A stretch of 64,000 nucleotides of DNA. Source: Candidatus Falkowbacteria bacterium (GTDB taxonomy: Bacteria > Patescibacteriota > Patescibacteriia > UBA11705 > JABHMO01). Below the pieces are notes generated by a model. That model ran no database searches and was not told where the DNA came from. It worked only from the letters and a program-made list of their open reading frames with translations. Position 1 is the first letter of the stretch. The number at the start of each line of letters is the position of its first letter. The position numbers were made by a program, and so were the translations under genes. Of this stretch, positions 51,401 to 56,418 are shown piece by piece. The DNA lies in contig JABHAL010000004.1 of NCBI GenBank assembly GCA_018674305.1, positions 64,446-128,445 of the forward strand, written 5' to 3'.

Positions 51401-52215
51401 ACTTCACTATTTCTGGCAGAAGAACCGTTCCAACTGATAATCAAGTTCCTGTTCAAGTCGAAACTCCTACCACTTCCCCAACAGATGATCAAAGTACCAT
51501 TCGCAAAGAAGACGAAACGATAAGACAAGAAGCTTCAACCGATAGAACTGAAGCACAAACATCCTTAAATGAAGGTAAATTAATTAAATATCCAGACTCT
51601 CCCAAAATATATCTAATTGAAAACGGTAAGAAAAGATGGATCGTTGATGAGTTTACTTTTAACCAAAGAGAATTTGACTGGAGCAAAATCAATGAGATTG
51701 ATTCAGCAACACAGCTTCAAGATGGTGAATCCCTCTTAGTAGACATCTCCATTTATGAGGAAAAATTAATCAAGTATCCTGACGCTCCAAACGTTTATTT
51801 AATCGAAAATAATTTAAAAAGATGGATTGTTGATGAATACTCCTTTAATCACAATGACTATGACTGGACAGCAATTCAAGAATTACCAAATACCCTCATT
51901 TTTAGTGATGGAGAAAATATTTTGTACGAAGAACCTGCCACAATTGAACTAACGATTGAAGTTCAAGAACAAGAAGATCTTTCTAGCCGAAACTTGGAAG
52001 AAGGCATGGCAGGAGAGGATGTCAGAGCATTGCAAAAATATTTAAATGACAACGGTTTCATCGTCAGTAATACAGATTTCGGCTCACCTGGGAATGAATC
52101 CACTTTCTTTGGTCAAAAAACTCAATCAGCCTTGATAAAATTCCAAGAAGCCAATAATATATTTCCCGCCAAAGGCTTTTATGGCCCAGTAACTAGAGGA
52201 TATATTAATTTATAA
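39460..52215 (+). CDS. Giant (4251-aa) secreted repetitive cell-surface protein. It has a signal peptide, five parallel beta-helix-like modules, Fn3-like domains, ~15 copies of a ~70-aa beta-sandwich repeat and a C-terminal peptidoglycan-binding domain
   Basis: N-terminus MKKYFILLFVIVGFCFTAVSASA. Each beta-helix module opens with STGND..GDG.SG.PYKTF(H/Y)KAYT and carries repeated GGGI(Y/L) and NxxGGG rungs. Tandem modules of the form YSAGxNGSLTGTxSQTVxYGxxGTAVTAVPxxGYxFVxWSDGxxxNPRTD. C-terminus GEDVRALQKYLNDNGF...FGQKTQSALIKFQ resembles PG_binding_1. Confidence 0.8.
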   Translation: MKKYFILLFVIVGFCFTAVSASAATIYSNSSTGNDTTGDGTSGTPYKTFHKAYTSASTDDTLDLTGTFNWADGDESGDASYSGYTIGKNIIIQGQGSDQTIIQAASTALSSGKRVFTISAGYSLTILDANIRYGYPTSYNSGGCILVNSTATLTINRSEVNNCKAQTGYGGGIYASGNTTIIDSAIHSNGVYYDGAGIVITGGANLILTNSTVYNNVGSGNANYNGGGILVGANDNTTATATITNSTITDNYARYGGGGIYLSGNADLRLYIKNSIVAQNDSNNGGNYNNIFKETAAVITSNGYNIIGGSNSYTAAAGDWTDQGNDGTFELYSVGTTGSLNLDATPSYNDSSRKTYTYGILSGSVAINNSNATANNGVSIPSTDQRNATRAGAADIGAFEYNGTGLTVIEPSTQTTDISFTLVDNEQLALSWTNGNGDKRVIFAKQASSGTASPVDGTSYSANSVLGSGDQIGETGWYTIYNGVGTSVTLTGLTDSTSYIFQAFEHNGITDGTVNYFTDSASNNPKVQATHTPTTIYVNYSTGNDSTGDGSSGTPYKTFYKAYTMSSGGDTLDLTGTFDWSNADETGDASSSGYTIGKDIIIQGQGADQTIIQAASTALSSGKRVFTISAGYSLTILDANIRYGYPTSYSSGGCILVSSTSTLTMNRSEVNNCKAQTGYGGGIYAAGDTTITDSSIYSNSVYYDGAGIVITGGANLILTNSTVYDNIGASYPSYNGGGILIGQNDNATATATITNCTITGNYTPYGGGGIYLSGNAGLVLNLKNSIVAGNSSNNGGQYNNIFKETAATITSNGYNVVGASKYFTPTTGDWGDQDNNGTYDLYSVGTTGSLNLDSTPSYNDSSRKTYTYGILSGSVAINNSNATANNGVGIPSTDQRNATRAGAADIGAFEYNGTGLTVIEPSTQTTEISFTLVDNEQLALSWTNGNGDKRVVFAKQASSGTASPVDGTSYSANSILGSGDQIGETGWYAIYNGVGTSVTMTGLTDSTSYIFQAFEHNGVTDGTVNYFTDSASNNPKVQATHTPITIYVNYSTGNDSTGDGTSGTPYKTFHKAYTMSSGGDTLDLTGTFDWSNADETGDVTTSGYVIDKDLILQGQSASTTFIQAASSAETAGKKVFSVSGSYDLTIQDLNIRYGYPTTYTSGGCINVGGTATLTMNRSEVNNCKAYRGYGGGIYASGDTTITNSSIYSNGVYYDGAGIVITSGADLIMTNSTVYNNIGPGYPSYNGGGILVGANDNTTATATITNCTITGNYTPYGGGGIYVSGNAGLVLNLKNTIVAGNTSNNGGQYNNVFKETAATITSNGYNIVGASKYYTAATGDWTDQDNNGTYDLYSIGTTGSLNLDSSSANNDNTYGTLTYGIQSSSIAINNANATANNGVSIPSTDQRGAGRNSTADIGAFEYDGDYTITQPTTQASSISFSSVNFTQIDLSWTAGNGSKNIVFVKQANTGTASPVDESNYTANAAFGSGSQISSTGWYAVYDGTGTSVTLTGLSAGTDYIAQVFTYNGITSGGENYFTDTATNNPNTQATAEVTEPTTQATNITFSSIAYTQMTIGWSNGDGTKRVVFVKQANTGTATPVDDTVYTANTTFGSGTQISSTGWYAVYNNTGTSVTITGLTAGTDYIAQVFEYDSFESTYDYFTETASNNPKSSASTSVTTPSTQTTNISFSSVGYTQTDISWSNGNGDARIVFLKEASTGTASPVDDTTYSANAAFESGTQIGSTGWYTVYSGTGTSVTVTGLSTGTTYIAQVFEYNTSGALSKYFTDSASNNPKTQATNSVTEPTTQSSNVSFSSVTGTGFTTSWTNGNGDARAVFIKQASSGTAEPVDDTTYTANTAFSSGTQIGSTGWYCVYNGTSTNVSITGLSSSATYQVQVFEYNGDAGIENYLTDSASNNPKSQATASEVQIGEGTGSQNYLPWANYYRYSYSQMIYTSSDIGSNGSIDTIKFKYNGNNTYTWNNMVVYMGHTDKATFSSGSDWVAVGDLTQVYSGSVSVTAGASAWDTITLDSEFEYNGSDNLIIAIDNNHGSYTSSSSKWYYTSASNTFIYRQSDSVNYSPSSPGTGTLNSYRPNIILNLNPLTHSLSYSAGDNGSISGTTSQTIEEGSNGTAVTAVPSTGYQFVSWSDGSTANPRTDLDVSEDVTVSASFATRVYTLTYSAGVNGSLTGVTPQNVAHNGTALTVTAVANSGYVFSTWSDGILTAARTDSSVIADATLTATFIESTPYIYVNSSTGNDNVGNGTSGNPYKTFHKAYTQAENDYVIDLTGTFDWTNAAETGDAKYTGYSIAKDLTIRGQGSDATIIQAASADNIADRRIFTIAANTTVTIQDLAIRYGKIDDRTGTALNNEGGGILNLGTVTVNDCEIYNNRVPTGYGGGGLSNRHLMTINDSAIYNNIAYYMGGGVLNSYTVSASGYLTITNSTIYSNQVTQVIAYTEGGGVHFRKGNGTITNTTVTKNTACGVAGVGMDDANGTVKLKNNIFAGNLQKVHSYCSNGAYPKGFDFRQSGYGNVVDGGNNIIGGYAQNYNFTVSTDWTDTDRDGTFTKYGTETTGTINFADAAALNSSPNKTKTFAVTESSIAINNGSTGTNGNVTVSTIDQRGAARSGTVDIGAYEYGGQFLNTYTLTYLSGLGGYISGTALQENVPEDANGTAVTPTPNTGYEFVDWSDEATDNPRTDSSVSANVSVTANFQVITYDLSYSAGANGSLTGTTSQTVNYGSNGTAVTAVPADGYNFIGWSDGVVTNPRTDSGVTADATVTASFASNSYNLIYTAGANGSLTGTATQLVTSGADGSAVTAVPATGYAFVNWSDSSTANPRTDTSVGSNLSVTANFSTVNYTLTYSAGSNGSLTGTASQTVSYAADGTAVTAVPSAGYSFVNWSDASTDNPRTDTSISGDVTVTANFSMNTFTLTYTVDYRGTLTGSASQTINYGENGTAITAVANSGFTFFRWSDGSTNNPRTDTNITSNKSVRAYFILAAFTSAYTAGTNGTLVGQTSQSSYYAGSNRPVVAIPNEGYTFLSWSDGVTTDKRTDLGLSENINVTANFALKTYSLEYTAGANGSVTGTTSQTINYGDTGSAITAVPNSRFSFVKWSDGSITNPRTDTGENINVNAVFGVDRYALTYVAGSNGTVTGTTSQTLSAGENGTAITATPNSGYAFSSWSDSSTDNPRTDTNISSSMYLTANFTINTFTLSYSAGDNGSLTGTTSQSVNYSADSTAVTAVPDSGYHFVNWSDGSAQNPRTDVNVSANVSISATFAENRAATTIYVNNSTGNDTTGDGSSDTPYKTFHKGYIMSATGDILDLTGTFTWTDAAEIGDYYKQGYVLTKNLTVQGQGADTTIIQAASRDNSANRRVFTVVSGATVTFQNLTVRYGRVFGYQSDGGGIRNDGITTIDDCEIYNNRSASDSGGGISNRHTLTVTNSSIYNNVAYYMGGGIVNSFYVDPSGYLTVTNSTIAYNQQTTGIAYTEGGGIHIRKGSATITNSTIAYNTATGVAGLGIDDSDGTITIKNTIIANNIKRNSDYYVDFGFRASGQGNVVDNGNNIVGVSQNYTWSGTGDWSDVDRDGTFLLNNSITTGSLNLNSYLAFNGNTNKTKTLSVSTGSVAIDYGTTGTNGAVSVPTADQRDFIRESTPDIGSFEFLSAPDDTTDPVISDISSTPTSTTAVITWTTDEATSSQIIYDPNQIRSTASDVSNVDTGVTSHEITLSDLVSCTKYYYVVTSTDSSGNTALSAENTFITTGCAGNASVGTINETTAIPEYGGTINQSGDDFTFAMTIPESFSEDPADFQIKSLDSATVISALSSPTNYNKIGDNIFDIKALDTPSSTVSEFDSDVEITITYDEEDIAGLQESTLKLHRNDDDEWFELADCVVDPDANSVTCSTNNFSVVGLFGEAIAYNLTYIAGSNGSITGTTEQTIDTGENGTEVTAVPENGYQFSSWSDESLDNPRTDLSASADITVTANFTISGRRTVPTDNQVPVQVETPTTSPTDDQSTIRKEDETIRQEASTDRTEAQTSLNEGKLIKYPDSPKIYLIENGKKRWIVDEFTFNQREFDWSKINEIDSATQLQDGESLLVDISIYEEKLIKYPDAPNVYLIENNLKRWIVDEYSFNHNDYDWTAIQELPNTLIFSDGENILYEEPATIELTIEVQEQEDLSSRNLEEGMAGEDVRALQKYLNDNGFIVSNTDFGSPGNESTFFGQKTQSALIKFQEANNIFPAKGFYGPVTRGYINL
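39532..43700 (+). repeat. Three tandem ~1530-nt near-identical direct repeats (unit starts 39532, 41062 and 42592; the third diverges after ~1.1 kb) inside the giant gene
   Basis: Long stretches of near-identity among the units, for example ...actggaaacgacagcaccggtgacgg... and ...ggctcactaaatttagac(g/t)ccacaccttcatacaatga(c/t)agttcacgaaaaacatatacttacgg... Confidence 0.75.
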
Positions 52216-52228
52216 TTTTCCTTATAAT

Positions 52229-52263
52229 AAAAAACCGCCTTTATAAAAAGGCTGGTTTTTTTA
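52229..52263. terminator. Bidirectional terminator between the giant gene (+) and the ZIP transporter gene (-)
   Basis: aaaaaccgcctttataaaaaggctggttttttt is an imperfect hairpin flanked by A and T runs. Confidence 0.5.
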
Positions 52264-52279
52264 TTCTTTCTCTATTAAC

Positions 52280-53104
52280 CTATTCAAACAAAACCAATCC
52301 TGCCATAACTGCCATTCCCAATAAAATAAATAATAACTGAAAAGCAGCATGACACCTAGTGCACTCACCCTTGTGTAGTTCGGGTATTAAATCTGAACCA
52401 GCAATGTAGATAAAGCCACCACCAGCAACTGCTAACAAAATCACCTCTAAACCGTGGATATGCTGAGCTAACAATAAAGTTAAAACTGCACCAACAACTG
52501 CTAATAATGCTGATGCAAAATTGAACAACAAAGCGGTTTTCTTTTTAAAGCCTGCGTATAAAAGAACACCAAAATCACCAATTTCCTGTGGTATTTCATG
52601 AAAAATAACTGCTAAAGTTGTAGCGATGCCAACTGGAACACTAACCATAAAACTAGATGCAATAATTACACCATCAAGTAAATTATGTAAACCGTCTCCA
52701 ATTAAATTAGTGTAAGCTAAAGGCTTAATCGTGTGTTCATGCTCTGCTTTGTGACAATGATGCCAGTGAATAAATTTTTCAACCACAAAAAACACCACTA
52801 TTCCCAATAAAAAATACAATCCAGTTTGCAAATTAAAACCATGTTCCTCTGTTATATGCGGAATAATGTGAATAAACACATCACCGAGAAGTGCTCCTAC
52901 TGAAAAACTAACAAAATACAAAAGAAAATGTTCCAATTTTTCCTTTTTCATTGCCAAAGCTAAAACTCCGACAAAGGAAATTAAACTGACGATAAAAACA
53001 CCTCCTAAAGTATACAACCAAATTACATTCATATTTTTATAGTTTATTGTTACAAAAAAATGATAACACAGATTACTAAAAAACAAAACCACCGAACTCC
53101 CCAT
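52280..53104 (-). CDS. ZIP-family (ZupT-like) divalent metal transporter
   Basis: Eight predicted transmembrane helices. Conserved HEIPQEIGDFGVL, HNLLDG and a His-rich loop HWHHCHKAEHEH. Confidence 0.8.
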   Translation of the reverse strand: MGSSVVLFFSNLCYHFFVTINYKNMNVIWLYTLGGVFIVSLISFVGVLALAMKKEKLEHFLLYFVSFSVGALLGDVFIHIIPHITEEHGFNLQTGLYFLLGIVVFFVVEKFIHWHHCHKAEHEHTIKPLAYTNLIGDGLHNLLDGVIIASSFMVSVPVGIATTLAVIFHEIPQEIGDFGVLLYAGFKKKTALLFNFASALLAVVGAVLTLLLAQHIHGLEVILLAVAGGGFIYIAGSDLIPELHKGECTRCHAAFQLLFILLGMAVMAGLVLFE

Positions 53105-53195
53105 AGGGATGTGGTTTCACTAGTTCTAACATGCATCTAATTTTAAAATAAAAAAAAAGCGCCTTAGTGTTACTAAAACGCAATGACATTAATGA

Positions 53196-53459
53196 CTATA
53201 AGCCTTGCCGATTTACCGGCTCGCGGTAACTTCCCAGTAAAAATATTACAATCAAAAATAACCAAGAAAACAAAGATAAAATAGCTGAAATAACCAACTC
53301 TGCAAAGGAAAAACGTCCGGCACCTGTCAATCCGGGTTTTCCTTCTTGAACGGAAACATACTGGAGAAAAATAAACGAAACTACAATTCCAACTAAATAA
53401 ACACATGCCAAAATTTCCCAGAGCGATATTTCAAAAACAAATGAAATCAAAGCATCCAT
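53196..53459 (-). CDS. Hypothetical small membrane protein
   Basis: AAGGAGG ribosome-binding site 6 nt upstream. Two hydrophobic helices. Preferred over the overlapping ORF at 53173..53406. Confidence 0.4.
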   Translation of the reverse strand: MDALISFVFEISLWEILACVYLVGIVVSFIFLQYVSVQEGKPGLTGAGRFSFAELVISAILSLFSWLFLIVIFLLGSYREPVNRQGL

Positions 53460-53599
53460 AGTACCTCCTTTTTAGCTATCTAAAGTTAAGGGATAATTCT
53501 TAGTAATAAAAGGATAATATATTATCATTAAAAAGTCAATGGTGCCTAATAATCAATGCTGTATCTCTACATTTAACTTAACAATCAATAATCGCCAAC

Positions 53600-54152
53600 A
53601 GAGCCGCCTGGGGGTGCAACCCCCAGGCTAGATTTTTACAAGCCCCCTAAAGCGGGCTAAGGAATATATTCATAAATCTCTAACGACTTATTTGTTGCGT
53701 GTCTTTCTTTTTGATTTTCAATATACTTACCTACAAAAGGCACATCTTTTTCCGACAAACTTAAAACCCCATAGCCAGACTGCCAATAAAACAGCCGTTC
53801 ATTTAAATTGACATTCACATGATTTGACGCGCTTCCTTTTATCGAATGAACAAATTCTGCGCAACTTATTCTTGGTGGAATGCTTGCCATTAAATGAAGA
53901 TGGTCGTCTGTCATATTTAATTCTAACTGTTTACCGCCCAATTCTCCAATTTTGCCAGGCATGAATTCCTTCAATATACATTCTATTTGCGGTGTAATAA
54001 TTGGTTTTCGATTTTTCGTTGCCCAAACAAAATGATAAAACAATCGATAATAAGCATTTGACATAATATATATTTATTTATTAATTTCAACCCGCATCCC
54101 TGTTCACAGGGATTTGCTTTCACTAGCCTGGGGGTTGCACCCCCAGGCGGCT
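53600..54152 (-). mobile_element. IS200/IS605-family insertion sequence of IS200 type (tnpA only), with subterminal palindromic hairpins
   Basis: Imperfect palindromes gccgcCTGGGGGTGCAACCCCCAGGct at 53603-53629 and agCCTGGGGGTTGCACCCCCAGGcggc at 54125-54151 flank the Y1 transposase gene. An extra hairpin tccctgttcacaggga lies at ~54096-54111. Confidence 0.7.
53657..54064 (-). CDS. tnpA: IS200-type HUH (Y1) transposase TnpA
   Basis: 135 aa: YHFVWATKNRKP...DDHLHLMASIPP(HuH)...SIKGSAS...YWQSGYGVLS, the typical IS200 TnpA order of motifs and size. Confidence 0.85.
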   Translation of the reverse strand: MSNAYYRLFYHFVWATKNRKPIITPQIECILKEFMPGKIGELGGKQLELNMTDDHLHLMASIPPRISCAEFVHSIKGSASNHVNVNLNERLFYWQSGYGVLSLSEKDVPFVGKYIENQKERHATNKSLEIYEYIP

Positions 54153-54294
54153 TTCTACTTTTATTATGTCAATCAAAAATTATAAATCCAAGAAAAATGT
54201 TATCCCCACTCGGCAGAAAAACAAAAAAACAATTTTCCCCATGGAATACAATATTTAAACCTGTCGTCTATGCTCGACAATAATTATTGTATCA

Positions 54295-54334
54295 AAAAAC
54301 CCTCGACAATGTTGTCGAGGGTTTTTTATTTTTT
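54295..54334. terminator. Bidirectional terminator
   Basis: aaaaaaccctcgacaatgttgtcgagggttttttatttttt. Confidence 0.75.
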
Positions 54335-54354
54335 ACCTCCTCCTTGCTTCTACA

Positions 54355-54780
54355 CTAAATCATATTTAAAAGTTGCTGTGCTTGTCTTGTTATCTGAATT
54401 CTTTTTTCAATCAATCCATTGATTATTAGCAGCGCAGAAATAATATTAAATTGCACAGAACCAACGCTTCCTCCAAAATCAATATCATGTTCTGCAAATT
54501 CAATATCTCTTGCTGGTATAACGTCCTGACCGCTCCAGTCTTCAATCATTACCACTCCCAAAACAGAAATCCTTCCTTCCCACTCAATAACAAATAGACA
54601 CCCTGGACTTCTGGGTGTTCCCCCCGGAACTTTGCAATAATCCAACTTATTTCGAATTTGATAAACAACCGCCAGTCCTTTTCTATGTTTCACCCCATCA
54701 GTATCAGTAAAATTTTTCAACTCGGCAAAACTTCCATCCGGAACCTCTAGCAGTTCCGGCCAAGTTTTAATTTGTTCCAT
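54355..54780 (-). CDS. Hypothetical 141-aa protein, GC-elevated
   Basis: ORF ending at the shared terminator. Its size and the W..LE...G pattern are faintly reminiscent of SUKH/SMI1-type immunity domains. Weak. Confidence 0.4.
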   Translation of the reverse strand: MEQIKTWPELLEVPDGSFAELKNFTDTDGVKHRKGLAVVYQIRNKLDYCKVPGGTPRSPGCLFVIEWEGRISVLGVVMIEDWSGQDVIPARDIEFAEHDIDFGGSVGSVQFNIISALLIINGLIEKRIQITRQAQQLLNMI

Positions 54781-54783
54781 TTG

Positions 54784-55374
54784 TCACCTCGTATATTTAC
54801 ATTTCAAAAAATCAGCTCCAAATGCGAAAACCTTACCTTCAGCCGTTGAATCCATTCCCATGACCGTTCTCTCTTTATCTGCCGGGCAATAAATTACTTG
54901 CTCGTAAACAAATACTCCGGGTTTATCCGCCATAAAGGCTAGATAATTAAAAGCAATACTAAATTTATCTCGTTGCTGTAATGTACTGTAAATGATGCTG
55001 TCACTCGGAATCATTTCCAAAAATTGTTCCTTGCTCTCCAGCTCTACTTCCGCCAACCCAACGCCAACCCCCACACCAACACCACGGGAAACGTATTCTG
55101 TTTTTTCTTTGGTATTAAAGGCATCTTTAACATCGATTGATTGAGGAATTTCTTTAACAAAATCGACTTGCTCGTACAAAGGATTACTCTTCAAAGCGTG
55201 AACATGAATTTCATGATAGTTCAAAACAGAAAAAACAAGAAAAAATACACCCAAAATAGCTGCCATGGGATCCTTGTACACAAACGTAGCAACCACACAT
55301 ACTATCAGCATTACGGAAGACCCAACAAACATAGCAATAGGCATTTTCACCTCCAAGAAAAAACCCGACTTCAC
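54784..55374 (-). CDS. Hypothetical membrane-anchored protein with a (GV)n stretch, GC-elevated
   Basis: N-terminal transmembrane helix. Stop lies 4 nt from the downstream gene. Confidence 0.4.
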   Translation of the reverse strand: MKSGFFLEVKMPIAMFVGSSVMLIVCVVATFVYKDPMAAILGVFFLVFSVLNYHEIHVHALKSNPLYEQVDFVKEIPQSIDVKDAFNTKEKTEYVSRGVGVGVGVGLAEVELESKEQFLEMIPSDSIIYSTLQQRDKFSIAFNYLAFMADKPGVFVYEQVIYCPADKERTVMGMDSTAEGKVFAFGADFLKCKYTR

Positions 55375-55400
55375 TGAAGCCGAGTTTTTGGGTTTTTATT

Positions 55401-56000
55401 TCACAAACAAATCTTCAGACCCAGCAAAGTTCTCGGCCAGTCAAATTCAGGTGCTTCAGAATCCATTGGAACCCAGGCCGCCCAGGCAGTTAACTTCCAA
55501 AAATGAAATTCAACCAGCGGGCCCACCCCGGCCGGCCGGCGATCTTTTAACCCAATCGTCAGCCACTTCATGGCTTTCCATCGGACAGTCAAATCATACC
55601 AAACTTGATCATGATCTCCAGCATAAGCCAGCCGGCCAGCCTCTACCATCCCAACAAAGGAAAACTTTTTTTTACTGAGAACCAACAAATATGAAGTTTG
55701 AAAATCCCAACCATCAATTCCTTTTCTCACTCCCACGGAAACTCCAACCTGTAACCAATCCAACGGTTGCCAGATCGGGCCCAAGTGCGCTTGTCCCCAA
55801 GAATTTTTCATCAGAAAAAAAGTTCGGATCTTCCAGTTATCGGAAAATCGATGAAACACTCCGCCATCAACAACCCAATTGTCATATACTTCCGTTGCCA
55901 TTGTCTGAGTTTCAAAAAAAGTGTTGGTCTGAGCAGTAGCCACAGACGAACAAGTCAACAAAAGAACAAACGAACAAATCAACAAGATAACCTTTTTCAT
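55401..56000 (-). CDS. Secreted Trp-rich beta-strand protein (possibly a small beta-barrel or OMP-like protein), GC ~48%
   Basis: Signal peptide MKKVILLICSFVLLLTCSSVATA. Alternating hydrophobic/polar segments such as WDFQTSYLLVLSK, VWYDLTVRWKA and LVEFHFWKLTAWAAWV. Confidence 0.45.
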   Translation of the reverse strand: MKKVILLICSFVLLLTCSSVATAQTNTFFETQTMATEVYDNWVVDGGVFHRFSDNWKIRTFFLMKNSWGQAHLGPIWQPLDWLQVGVSVGVRKGIDGWDFQTSYLLVLSKKKFSFVGMVEAGRLAYAGDHDQVWYDLTVRWKAMKWLTIGLKDRRPAGVGPLVEFHFWKLTAWAAWVPMDSEAPEFDWPRTLLGLKICL

Positions 56001-56002
56001 TG

Positions 56003-56248
56003 TTAGATCTCCGTTTTAGTTTTTTGAACAAGTCTCATTTTCCGAAATCGCAATTCCCAAGTGGCAATTGTCATAACAGCGGCCAAGAAGCAACCAAACA
56101 TCATTCTATCCTGTCCGACATCAGCCGGATTATCAGCCCAAGTGATTGACAACATAATCAGAATACCCACAATCGATAACAAAAAACAACAAAGTTGTAC
56201 AATCTTAAACATCATCAATTTGCGTTTCATAGTTTTTCTCCTTGTCAA
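56003..56248 (-). CDS. Hypothetical small membrane protein
   Basis: Two transmembrane helices. Stop lies 3 nt from the downstream gene start. Confidence 0.35.
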   Translation of the reverse strand: MTRRKTMKRKLMMFKIVQLCCFLLSIVGILIMLSITWADNPADVGQDRMMFGCFLAAVMTIATWELRFRKMRLVQKTKTEI

Positions 56249-56418
56249 AGGTCACTTAATACCGCATTATATCATACAAAAAATGACCTGTCAAGCTTTT
56301 TCTTGTAAATTTAGCTCAAAGGCAGTCATGATTAACGAGACAAAAAAATATATCATTGACAGTCTTACCTAAATTTGCTACGATAGAGTTGTCATATAAA
56401 TCATGACAATATACAAAT

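Noticed and set aside
40991-51692. Short ORFs nested in or antisense to the giant surface-protein gene (40991, 44155, 44516, 45295, 45408, 46997, 47401, 48924, 49324, 51489)
   Set aside because: They are embedded in a continuous 12.8-kb reading frame with a strong domain-repeat structure. None has its own start signals.
53173-53406. 77-aa ORF overlapping 53196..53459 in another frame
   Set aside because: The 53196..53459 frame has an AAGGAGG ribosome-binding site and encodes a plausible two-helix membrane protein. The overlapping frame has no start context.
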